DNA of 36,095 bases from Candidatus Azambacteria bacterium GW2011_GWA2_42_9 (lineage in GTDB: Bacteria > Patescibacteriota > Minisyncoccia > UBA10092): the NCBI GenBank assembly GCA_000994805.1, contig LCEQ01000003.1, forward strand, positions 1 through 36,095, given 5' to 3'. The translations under genes and the position numbers were made by a program. Positions within the stretch are counted from its first letter, which is position 1, and every line of letters starts with the position of its first letter. Of this stretch, positions 23,582 to 32,700 are shown one piece after another. The notes under the pieces were generated by a model. The model had not been told where the DNA came from, did not search any database, and was given only the letters and a program-made list of their open reading frames with translations.

Positions 23582-25190
23582 TCACTTATTCTGAGCTTGT
23601 TTTTCCTGTCTCCATTTATTATACGCGTATTCAATTTGATCCATGTGCACCTCATCAATTTCAGACAATTCCGGGAAAACGTTTCGTGCTTTTTCTTCCG
23701 CCATTAAAATTACACTCTTTTTTGTTTCTTCGTCCGGGTAAGAAATTTCGTGAACGATTGAATAGAGACATTCTTTCGCTAAATCAGGATCAATCCAATT
23801 TGGATCATCTAAAACTTCGACTATCTGTTTCGCGATTTCCCAATCTTCAAGCCCCTCGGACTCTTTTTCGTGTATTTTCAGGTAAGCGTTTTCAAGCGGA
23901 GAACGTTTGATTTTTCCATGCTCCTGATTAAAAACTCGATTGATTATTTTATTAAACTGTCTTCCTCTGTCAAATTCGTTTTTAAATTTTTCAAAACTGG
24001 CAGCGGCAGGAGAAAAAATTACAGTACCCCAATGAGATTCCTTAGCCACGCCGGTAAGGATTGCGTTAAGCGAATTGAAAATTCGAATATCTTTCGGTTT
24101 ACAATAATTATTTTTATTAAGTTCATTAATAAGTTTTAATGTGGCGTTGCCTTCTAGTAGAAGAAGATTTTCCGGCTTTACGCAAGTTTTTATTTTTTTA
24201 GCCAGACCGGAAAAATCCAAGCATTTATCCGCCCCGCCGGTTATTAAGGTCAATTCATCTTTCCCGCCAAATCTCTCAAGCGCCGCGATTGTCGCGTCGG
24301 GGCTTGTTGAGGCCGAATCATTTATTATTTCAAGATTTTTTCCTTTAAAAACAAGTTCTTGTCTGAAAGATGGCTGGGGCAGAGATTTTATTTTTTTTAT
24401 CAATTCTTTCCACGGCTTTCCGTAAAGATGGGCCCCTAAAAGAGCGGCTAAAAGATTGTATTTCTGATGGCTCGCCAGATTTTTAATCTCATGAACTAGT
24501 TTTTTTTGAGAATCATTATTAAAATAAATTTTATTACCGATAAAGTACAAACCACTTTTATTAGCCGGCAATTTTTTCAATGACAAATAATAAATTTTTG
24601 GTTTTGGTTTTTTTTCTAAAAATTCTTTCGTGTATTCGTTATCCGCGTTTAGAATTAAATAGTCATTTTTCGTCTGATTAAGAAAGATTTTAGCTTTTTG
24701 TTCCAAATATTTATTAAAGTTGCCGTAGCGATTCAAGTGGTCGTTGTACAAATTCATTATAACCGCGACTTTCGGTGGCTTGGCGCTTCTTTTTAAAAAT
24801 TCCAGTTCAAAAGATGATAATTCCAAAACAAATGGCCATTCTTTGTTTTCCAAAATAGTGAAAAATCCTTTGCCCGGTATATTGCCGCCCAACATTTTCT
24901 ATCGGTTTCTTATATCTTTTTGCCAGTTTCGCCCAACGGCTGAAAATACTGACGGCCGGATTAAAAACGATAATGTCATTTTTCTTAAAATCCGCTTCGC
25001 GGTGCTTTCCCAAAACAAATTCAATTTTATTATTTCCCAATCTTTTAATAACAGGTTCCAAAATTTTCCGCTTTCTTAAATCGGTGATGGTCAGTTTAGA
25101 TTTTTGGGCAAGAAGAAACTTAGCGAGCGCCTCGCCCCCTCCCAAAATTCCGAGTCCTACCAATAAAATTTTTTTGTTTCGCAAATTCAT
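23582..25190 (-). pseudogene. murD: murD-like Mur ligase, frame-broken and lacking the P-loop segment, with a ~110-aa C-terminal extension
   Basis: The N-domain (MNLRNKKILLVGLGILGGGEA...NPAVS...KKPIEN, ORF 24807..25190) runs straight into LGGNIPGKG...LELSSFELE...NDHLNRYG...INDSASTSPDAT...GGADK...SPAAASFEKFKNEFDRG in another frame (ORF 23582..24895). The expected ~35-45 aa carrying GTNGKTT are absent. Confidence 0.55.
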
Positions 25191-25192
25191 GC

Positions 25193-25284
25193 TGGCGGAG
25201 AGTACAGGATTCGAACCTGTGCGGGGTTTTTTAGACCCCCGCGGTTTAGCAAACCGCTGCCTTAAGCCGCTCGGCCAACTCTCC
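25193..25284 (-). tRNA. tRNA-Ser (anticodon GCU), class II, CCA encoded
   Basis: Acceptor GGAGAGT/ACTCTCC, anticodon arm GCGGT-TTGCTAA-ACCGC, long variable arm, T arm ACAGG-TTCGAAT-CCTGT, then G-CCA. The CCA end is 2 nt from the murD-like ATG. Confidence 0.9.
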
Positions 25285-25296
25285 AAGAATGCCGCT

Positions 25297-25325
25297 ATTT
25301 TACATAAAAAACGGCGGTTTGTAAA
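25297..25325 (-). promoter_or_regulatory. putative promoter TTTACA-17-TAAAAT for tRNA-Ser(GCU)
   Basis: Read on the minus strand. The -10 ends 12 nt before the tRNA 5' end. Confidence 0.5.
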
Positions 25326-25338
25326 TAAAATTTTAAAG

Positions 25339-25367
25339 TTGACAGAATTCTTTTATTGGCGTATACC
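25339..25367 (+). promoter_or_regulatory. putative promoter TTGACA-17-TATACC
   Basis: Consensus -35 with exact 17-nt spacing. An AGGGAGG RBS follows 8 nt before the ATG at 25410. Confidence 0.55.
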
Positions 25368-25409
25368 GCAAACATATAGTACTTTAATTTTCTTAGGGAG
25401 GGCTTGAAA

Positions 25410-25931
25410 ATGAGGAAAATCGGAGCATTGATAATGGCGGTTGTTTTTATTCTTCCCGGATGCGCCACTTTTGATAATCAGAAATTTGGAAATAAATTTT
25501 TTTCTGAAGAGATTGTTTGGAAAGAATTCAGCGCCAATATCCGCGTTTGGCTTAAAGACGGAATTAACCTTCTTAAGTCCGACGACTTGATTTCAAAATT
25601 TGGCGGGCCGGTAACGACGATCCAATTTTTGGAAGGCGTTGCCCTGGAGTGGGAATATAGAGAAATTTATAAGAAAAAAATTGATTATATTATCGGCCAG
25701 TCCCAGAGTTCGATTGAAAACATGTATGTGTTAATGGCGGTATTTAATGACGCCGATAAACTTTCAAATTTTTCTATTAGCCAAACCAATCGTGATGGCA
25801 AGGGGCAAATTTGGACCTCAAAGCAAATTATTGAAATGACGGGAGCGGCGGCTTTCATTTATATTGGCGGCCGTTGGATGGGAAGAACAATTGACAGGGC
25901 GGTCATAAAAGGCCGAGAAGCCGCGTCATAA
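25410..25931 (+). CDS. hypothetical lipoprotein
   Basis: MRKIGALIMAVVFILPGC lipobox. Strong SD before the ATG at 25410 (the ORF track starts at TTG 25404). No family recognised. Confidence 0.7.
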   Translation: MRKIGALIMAVVFILPGCATFDNQKFGNKFFSEEIVWKEFSANIRVWLKDGINLLKSDDLISKFGGPVTTIQFLEGVALEWEYREIYKKKIDYIIGQSQSSIENMYVLMAVFNDADKLSNFSISQTNRDGKGQIWTSKQIIEMTGAAAFIYIGGRWMGRTIDRAVIKGREAAS

Positions 25932-25937
25932 AATTTC

Positions 25938-25973
25938 AAAACTCTTTAAGCCCGCGGGCTTAAAGAGTTTTTT
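25938..25973 (+). terminator. strong intrinsic terminator
   Basis: AAAACTCTTTAAGCC-CGCG-GGCTTAAAGAGTTTT plus TT, a ~15-bp stem. Confidence 0.85.
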
Positions 25974-25988
25974 AACAAAAATGAAAAT

Positions 25989-26015
25989 CCCCCGTCCCGC
26001 AGTGCGGGACGGGGC
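25989..26015 (-). terminator. intrinsic terminator of the NTF2-like lipoprotein gene (within the left inverted repeat)
   Basis: CCCCGTCCCG-loop-CGGGACGGGG, followed on the minus strand by GATTTTCATTTTT. Confidence 0.75.
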
Positions 26016-26038
26016 TTTGGTTCCGCCGTTTGGTGGTG

Positions 26039-26503
26039 TTACTGATCGTAATAGTAAATTTTCCAAACCCCACCTTCTCGGCGGAGTTTGAAAAGATAGG
26101 AGACTGAACCCGACCAGTCGCGGTCGCCGACGCCACGCTTGATGACGTCTACAATGTAGGAGACCTCGGCGGTATTGCCCGATATCTCCACATTCAGATT
26201 CCGCATCGTGCGGATTCTTGAGGATTTGTCCGCACTCTTCTTTGCGGTATATTGTCGCCAGTAGCTTTCAGCGGTGTGCGACCCGCCGATGTACGACGAC
26301 TTCAAAACAACATCTTTGGTGGTAACAACCATAAACTCAGCAAGGGTTTTGGCCGCGTAGAAAGCGTCTACGGTGGCCATCACCTCTTGTTTTTCAGGCG
26401 GCAAGACCGCCTTCATTTCGTTGTAGGTGGTGGCGCAGCCCGACAGAGCCAGGCCGACCGCAACCGCGATCAGAACTCCAATCAGGAAGTTGGCTCGCTT
26501 CAT
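26039..26503 (-). CDS. NTF2-like (SnoaL/DUF4440-type) lipoprotein
   Basis: Lipobox LALSGC, GAGGAGG SD, and a C-terminal GGVWKIYYYDQ beta-strand typical of NTF2-like folds. GC-rich codon usage. Confidence 0.65.
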   Translation of the reverse strand: MKRANFLIGVLIAVAVGLALSGCATTYNEMKAVLPPEKQEVMATVDAFYAAKTLAEFMVVTTKDVVLKSSYIGGSHTAESYWRQYTAKKSADKSSRIRTMRNLNVEISGNTAEVSYIVDVIKRGVGDRDWSGSVSYLFKLRREGGVWKIYYYDQ

Positions 26504-26580
26504 GGGATTCCTCCTCGGCTCTCTTGAGCCATTTTCGGGGTTTTTAGTTATTCGAGAACCAAACCTATTTTTATACCATA

Positions 26581-26609
26581 ATTATATCTTATTTTTCATC
26601 CCTTGTCAA
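26581..26609 (-). promoter_or_regulatory. consensus sigma70 promoter TTGACA-17-TATAAT (minus strand)
   Basis: On the minus strand the sequence reads TTGACA AGGGATGAAAAATAAGA TATAAT. Both hexamers are perfect. Confidence 0.7.
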
Positions 26610-26631
26610 ATTGTTATTTTTATGGTACAAT
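26603..26631 (+). promoter_or_regulatory. promoter TTGTCA-17-TACAAT (plus strand), -35 overlapping the divergent -35
   Basis: TTGTCA at 26603-26608, a 17-nt spacer, and TACAAT at 26626-26631. Confidence 0.6.
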
Positions 26632-26711
26632 TGAGGCACGAGTGAAGTTCTGGAACAAAAAAGCCAAAAATCCCAAAAAACCGGCGGTAAATCCGCCAAA
26701 AGGAGGATGTC

Positions 26712-27173
26712 ATGAACGAGCTCGCGTTTGCTCTGGTTGTATGGATCAGCAGCGTAACCGGCTACCCCGTGCCATCTACGGCGGACTTGCCAGAGATCAT
26801 GCAGATGACATCGGCCGAACTGAAGGTCAAGGTGATGGGTGCAAACGCCGAGAAGTCCGATTATGAAATTCTTGGCGGCTACGACGTGAAGGAAAATAAG
26901 CTCTATCTGAGCACGAGTTTCAATCCGCAGAACATCAGGAGCCAGAGCGACCTCGTTCACGAGTTGGTGCATTTCCTCCAGGTGCGCAATCGGACTCGCC
27001 AGCCCCTGTGCGACAACGGCGATGAAGCTGAGGCCTACACGGTCGAAAACCAATGGATGAAGGAACATGGTTTGCCGCCCGCAGTTCCCGAGCAGCACAT
27101 TGTGCTCATGAGTCTTTGCAACGTTGACAGCGTTGATGACGCTGTAGCAATTCTCAAGAGCGAGATGCGCTAA
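26712..27173 (+). CDS. small HExxH metallopeptidase-like protein (possibly DUF4157-like)
   Basis: AAGGAGG SD 5 nt before the ATG. Hydrophobic N-terminus MNELAFALVVWISSVTG. The motif LVHELVHFLQ with downstream EAEAY fits the LL.HEL.HV.Q pattern as I remember it. Confidence 0.6.
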   Translation: MNELAFALVVWISSVTGYPVPSTADLPEIMQMTSAELKVKVMGANAEKSDYEILGGYDVKENKLYLSTSFNPQNIRSQSDLVHELVHFLQVRNRTRQPLCDNGDEAEAYTVENQWMKEHGLPPAVPEQHIVLMSLCNVDSVDDAVAILKSEMR

Positions 27174-27199
27174 GTTAACCGTGGGCAGGAGAACCGCCG

Positions 27200-27235
27200 G
27201 CCCCATTCCAACTCGGGATGGGGCTTTTCATTTTT
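27200..27235 (+). terminator. intrinsic terminator (within the right inverted repeat)
   Basis: GCCCCATTCC-AACTC-GGGATGGGGC followed by TTTTCATTTTT. Confidence 0.75.
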
Positions 27236-27284
27236 GTCTGAAATTTTTTGGATAAAAATCAGAGTTTATGATTATATTATTCAT

Positions 27285-28346
27285 ATGAAGATACTCCATA
27301 TTTTGCCTCCGACAAATATCGGGCCGATTGATAAAAAATTACACACAGCCGGGATGATTCATTCCGTCTGGCTTTTGGATAAGTTTCTAACGAAAAGAGG
27401 GTATGAATCTTATGTTGCTTGGAGCAAAAACAGTAAAATTTGCGGTCGGCTCATACCGATAATAAATAACCTAACAGTTGATAGAATTCGCGAACCTAAA
27501 AAAGATTTTTTTACCAATTATTACGAAAAAATTTTTGACTTGGTTAACGATTCTGATTTTGATATTATCCATAACCATAAAAGGTTTATGGATTCATCAA
27601 TTCCATATCTGACATTTACCGTTGCCCTGACTAAAAAACAGACAGATGGCTACGTTAAGGGCGGTTATCAGGTTGATAAGATTATCAATAATGGTATTGA
27701 CATAAATGAATATCAAATAGGAAAAGGCAGACGGGAATTTTTACTAGCGATTGCCAGGATACTTCCCGATAAAGGCCAGGATGTGGCAATAAAAGTTTCT
27801 CGGCAAACCGGATTGCCTCTGATTATTGCCGGCGATATTTGGGATAAAAAATATTTTCATGAAAAAGTCGAGCCCCATATTGATGGAAAAAAAATAAAAT
27901 ATCTTGGCCCGGTGGATTTTGAAACAAAGATAAAGCTTTATCAAGGGGCCATTGCTTTGCTTGTGCCCGTTGAATGGGAGGAGCCATTTAATTTAACAAT
28001 GGTTGAGGCGATGGCTTGCGGGACGCCCGTAATCGGCTACAATCACGGCGCGATTGCCGAGGTTATTAAAGACGGGGAAACAGGATTTGTCGTTAGTAAT
28101 GTCGAAGAAATGACCGAAGCGGTAAAAAAAATTTCCGGCATTAATAAAAATATTTGCCGGGATTATGTGAAAGACAATTTTAATATAGAAAAGGTTATTG
28201 ATGGATACGAAATGATATATAAGCAAGTGGCAGAAAGGAAAAAATTTCATTCATTTATATATCCGCTAACGAAAATGGGGATTGCGAGTAATAAAAATCT
28301 AAGTTGGGTCGGTTCTTATATAAGGAAAAATATTATTAATTTCTGA
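27285..28346 (+). CDS. GT4-family (Glycos_transf_1) glycosyltransferase
   Basis: MKILHILPP start and the EX7E region EEPFNLTMVEAMACGTPVIG...E. The N-terminal domain looks short. Confidence 0.8.
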   Translation: MKILHILPPTNIGPIDKKLHTAGMIHSVWLLDKFLTKRGYESYVAWSKNSKICGRLIPIINNLTVDRIREPKKDFFTNYYEKIFDLVNDSDFDIIHNHKRFMDSSIPYLTFTVALTKKQTDGYVKGGYQVDKIINNGIDINEYQIGKGRREFLLAIARILPDKGQDVAIKVSRQTGLPLIIAGDIWDKKYFHEKVEPHIDGKKIKYLGPVDFETKIKLYQGAIALLVPVEWEEPFNLTMVEAMACGTPVIGYNHGAIAEVIKDGETGFVVSNVEEMTEAVKKISGINKNICRDYVKDNFNIEKVIDGYEMIYKQVAERKKFHSFIYPLTKMGIASNKNLSWVGSYIRKNIINF

Positions 28347-29705
28347 TTATTCCAAACGGGATACAAATGTTCTTTTTTTACCATCGGGTCCGATCGGTAT
28401 TTCTTTCAGTATCGATATCGATATATCTGTGTCTTTTCCGAGAATATTTTTAGCATCATGAATTATTTTGTCCTTTATATCTTTTTTAAAAAAATCTTCA
28501 GATTCTGAAACTATATTAAAAACTATTTTATCTTCAGTTTCTTGAACAACCTGATACTGTTTTATTTTATCCGTGAACTGCCAAATCGCAGGCCCGATTT
28601 CAAGAAAATGACTCTGCTTTCCATTAGGCAGAATTATTATTTCTTTAAGCCGTCCTTTGAAAGTTAGAATCGGTAAAGTTCGGCCGCATGCGCAAGGTCC
28701 CGGAATTATTTTTCCTTGATCTCCAACAAGATAACGAATAAACGGCATGATTTTATTTTCAAACATTGTAATGGCAATATTGCCAGTATGACCATGGGGC
28801 AATTGATAACCACGTTCATCAACAATTTCCAAATATAGCCACTCGCTATTTATATGAAAATTTCCAAACTCGCATTCTTGAGCGATTGTCATATTTTCTT
28901 TTGTTCCATAAGAACGGAATACCGGGCATCCGAGGGATTGCTTTATAAACTTTGATTCTTCCGGAGACAATGGCTCGGCTGCCGCGATAACAGCCTTAAT
29001 ATTGTGATTTATGCGGTCATTTTTTATGAGCTTGGCTAAGTGAATAAGAAAAGAAGATAAACTTTCCAAAATTACAGGCATAGAAGCAATCAAGGGATAT
29101 AAATCAAATTTTTTTTGCTCCAGCTCCCTCGGACTTGTGTAACTAAATAATATTCCTTCGGATTCCAAACCCGGATGGTTTGATTTCATTATTTTTATAA
29201 TCTGTCTGGGCTTACCGCAATACCAGTCTAAAAATCGATTGCGAATTGCCAATCTTCTGTTTAGCATTCCAATATCGCCATGAAATTTAAATGGTATTCC
29301 GGTTGATCCTGATGTACTTTTCAAATAAGAATTTTTTTCCGACACGTTTTTTACAGAGCACAATTTAGGAAAAGCCATTTGGAGTTCGGTTTTTGATATT
29401 GTTGTAATTTTTTGAATATCTTCCAATTTGTTAAAATCAACATTAGGGTTGAAATTTGCATTTTCAAATTTTTCTTTCCAAAAAATGACATTGTTGTACG
29501 AAAATATTAATAGATTTCTGATTTGTTTGATTTGGAGCCCCTCCATTGATTTTTTGGAAAAATACTGGCTATATTTAAGACATGCGGTATCTATGTTCGT
29601 CAGGATTTTTTTAATATAAATATTAGGCGAATAATCCAATTTAAATAAGCTCCAAAAACTATTATCGCGCCGTGTTAACATTATTGAGATTATGCTCCGT
29701 ATCAT
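28347..29705 (-). CDS. CapK/PaaK-like adenylate-forming enzyme (phenylacetate-CoA ligase family)
   Basis: The TSGSTGIPFKF AMP-binding motif and the overall length fit the family. The stop directly abuts the GT4 stop (TGATTA). Only 24 nt separate it from the divergent ATG, so an internal start (e.g. M54) is possible. Confidence 0.7.
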   Translation of the reverse strand: MIRSIISIMLTRRDNSFWSLFKLDYSPNIYIKKILTNIDTACLKYSQYFSKKSMEGLQIKQIRNLLIFSYNNVIFWKEKFENANFNPNVDFNKLEDIQKITTISKTELQMAFPKLCSVKNVSEKNSYLKSTSGSTGIPFKFHGDIGMLNRRLAIRNRFLDWYCGKPRQIIKIMKSNHPGLESEGILFSYTSPRELEQKKFDLYPLIASMPVILESLSSFLIHLAKLIKNDRINHNIKAVIAAAEPLSPEESKFIKQSLGCPVFRSYGTKENMTIAQECEFGNFHINSEWLYLEIVDERGYQLPHGHTGNIAITMFENKIMPFIRYLVGDQGKIIPGPCACGRTLPILTFKGRLKEIIILPNGKQSHFLEIGPAIWQFTDKIKQYQVVQETEDKIVFNIVSESEDFFKKDIKDKIIHDAKNILGKDTDISISILKEIPIGPDGKKRTFVSRLE

Positions 29706-29729
29706 TAAGATTAATTATATACCTTTTTT

Positions 29730-32700
29730 ATGAAGGACTGTCCAAATAATAACGCCGACATCGGTTTTATCGCGCAGGTGCCGTATCATTTTTATGTTTT
29801 TAAAAATATCATAAAACATCTTTCCGATGCGGAATTTATTGTCGGCGAACCATATTCGTACGATGAACCGCCAGAAATACAATCCAAGCGTCTCGGAGGG
29901 CTAATTGATCTGATAGAAAAAGAAAAAATTCCTTGGAGGTTTTTTGATTTTGAAAAAGATCGTAATCCCAGAAATAATTTTTTTGAAAAATATAATATTT
30001 TAGTAGCCACAACTGCCAATGGCATTATCACATCGCCGCTGATAAAATCAATTAAAAAAGTTCGGGTTCAGTACGGCCAGAGCAAGGACGCTTTTGAATT
30101 CGGCGATTGGAACAGATATTTTGATTTAATTCTTGCACAAGGTCCGTATTCAGCGCAACATTTTAGAGCATTAACTCAATGCGTGGAAATCGGCTTCCCT
30201 AAATTCGACGATTGGTTTAACGGCAAAATTGACGGCGCGGACGCAGGAGAACTGAAAAGCAAAATGGATCCGCGAAAAAAAACACTATTGTATTTGCCGA
30301 CGCACGGCGCGCTTTCTTCGCTTGAAAAATATCAAGAACCTCTTTTGTCATTAAGGAACAAGTACAATATTTTGGTCAAATTTCATCCTCGCACAGTTTG
30401 GTATGATTCGGGGCAAGTTTTGTTTTACAAAAATAATGGCTTTGCAACTTATGACGATTCTGCCGATATTTTACCGATGCTGAAAATTGCCGATATCGTT
30501 ATCAGTGATAGCGGCGGCGCAGCTTTTGACGCTCTTTTGGCGGAGAAATCTTTAGTAATTTTGGACGTTCCCATAGCCGCGGAAGAAACGGGAGAACTAC
30601 AAACTCAAGAAAACAGCATAGAACAGGTTATAAAAAGAGAGAGGAAACGAATTGGGCCGGTTGTTGATTCGCCGGATAAATTGGAATCGGCCTTAGAAAT
30701 CGCGGAACAGGAATTTTTTGAAGAACGGCGACGAGAATGGCGAGGGAAATTATTTTCATTTGTTGATGGTAAAGACGGCGAGCGCGCCGCCAGAGAGATT
30801 TTAAGATTTAAAAACAGAGGCCCCAATTATTCTGTTATTATCCCAACGTTTAATCGTTGCCAATCCTTAATTAAAGCTCTTAATTCTACTATAAATCAAA
30901 CCATCTCGGCCTCTAATTACGAAATCCTTGTTGTTGACGACGGATCTGCTGACGACACAAGTGAAGTTGTTTCGGAATTCCAAAAAAAGCATCCGAATGT
31001 CAAATATTTTTACCAACAGAATGGCGGCCCCGCTAAAGCACGCAATAAGGGAATTAAAGAATCTAAAGGTGAAATTATCTTTTTCACCGACGACGATTGT
31101 GTTGTTCCGCCGAATTGGATGGAAACCTTGCTTGATGGATTTGAGAGGTACCCAGGTGTCGCAGGTGTGGGAGGTTGGTACCAGCCGGCAAATAAATCAT
31201 TGGCGGATAAATATTTTCAAAGATATTTAGATTATTTTGATCGGCAAAATAATATTGGCATGATGGATACCGAAATTAAATCAAACATTTTTGGATATAA
31301 CCTTGCGGGTAATACTGCAAACATGGCTTATAAAAAATCTGTTTTGGAAGAAGTAAGTGGATTTGATGAAAAGCTTTATTTCGTCGGTGGCGTGGATTGG
31401 GAATTAAAAAAAAATATCCAAAACCGCGGCTATTATCTTTTGTATGTTCCTTTTATGGTCAATCATTTTAAAAATTTTAACGCGCGAACTTTTATTAAAA
31501 AATTCTTTAATCGGGGCCGCGGATATCATTATATGATAAAAAAACATCCCGATTTAAGAAATAGTTCTTACTACAATGTTAATCTCATAAATCTTTTGGA
31601 GCAAACGGTGAATTATGCGTTAAATGGTAACAAATTTTTACCTCTTCATTTTCATTTTTTGGCCTTGCTTTGCGTTTTTTGCGGCCGGTTTTATGCTAAA
31701 TATATTAATCAATTCAGTAATATTCCTAAAATTCTACTTAATGCGTCAGATAATTTTGAAATCGTTAAAAAAAAGACAGGCGAAGAAAGAATTTTTACAA
31801 CCAAGATTCGGCCGTTCAAATGTTGCGATACAAATACGCGAATACATACTAATAATACGAATAATACTAATAAGATAAAATATTCCATCATCATCCCGAC
31901 ATTTAATCGTTGCCAATCCTTAATCAAAGCTCTTAATTCTACTATAAATCAAACTATCCCAGCCTTTAATTATGAAATTATTGTTATTGATGACGATTCG
32001 ACGGATGATACAAAATCTCAAATTTCCCGCCTTCGCCAAGGCTTTGGCGGGCAAGCAAAACCGGAAATAAGATATTTTAAGATTGAACATGGTGGCCCCG
32101 CCAAAGCCAGAAACAAGGGAATTAAAGAATCTAAAGGTGAAATTATCTTTTTCACCGACGACGATTGTGTTGTTCCGTCGAATTGGATGGAAACCTTGCT
32201 TGATGGTTATAAAAGATATCCCAATATTGTGGGAGTTGGGGGGTGGCTTATAGAACCAAAAGAAACATTAAGAAAGAGTTATTTGGCAAGATATATACAC
32301 TATATTCATTTTTGTATTGATTATTTTCCGGCGTGGACATTATTTAACTGCGAGATTTTAAGCAACGATCCCGAACGGGGATTAGGCAACTTTGCTGGCA
32401 ATACGGCCAATCTGTCCATAAAAAGGGATATTTTGGAACAAATGAGCGGTTTCAGAGAAGATTATTATTGGCCGGGAAGCGAGGACTCGGATTTGTCTTT
32501 CAGGATTCTCAATGCCGGCTTAAAACTTCTATATGTGCCATTTCACGTTGAGCATATTAAAAATATAGATTTATGGGGACTTATGAAATTATTTTTCAAA
32601 CGCGGCGCCAATTTTTATCTTTTTCTGAAATTTAATAAAGAAGCGTTGGATAAAATTAACGCCGGTAATCCGGAAAATTACGATACTTTCCCGATACTTA

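Larger units (their letters stand above)
25975..27237. mobile_element. high-GC two-gene cassette bounded by ~26-bp imperfect inverted repeats (putative horizontally acquired insertion)
   Basis: The left end is ACAAAAATGAAAATCCCCCGTCCCGC. The reverse complement of the right end is ACAAAAATGAAAAGCCCCATCCCGAG. These share 13 identical nt, then 1 mismatch, CCCC, an indel and TCCCG. The coding DNA inside is visibly GC-rich: 36 G+C in the 60 nt at 26101-26160, against 26 G+C in the one flanking 60-nt line I counted (27301-27360). No TSD and no transposase were found. Confidence 0.45.

Noticed and set aside
25191-25286. N-terminal 32 aa of ORF 24807..25286 (MESWPSGLRQRFAKPRGS...)
   Set aside because: This stretch is the translation of the tRNA-Ser(GCU) gene. 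The real start is the ATG at 25190.
26589-27206. 205-aa minus-strand ORF across the high-GC cassette
   Set aside because: It runs through the promoter spacer and has no SD. The plus-strand ORF has a perfect AAGGAGG-5 nt-ATG and an HExxH motif, and high GC inflates antisense ORF length.
31845-31875. The 15-mer ATACTAATAATACGA in the GT2 linker, also present as a reverse complement in the ATTAGTAT-rich spacer at 33731-33760
   Set aside because: This is AT-rich low complexity, and a 15-nt match is within chance for this composition and window size. The three ATTAGTAT octamers upstream of 33770 may still be a binding site, but I cannot support that.
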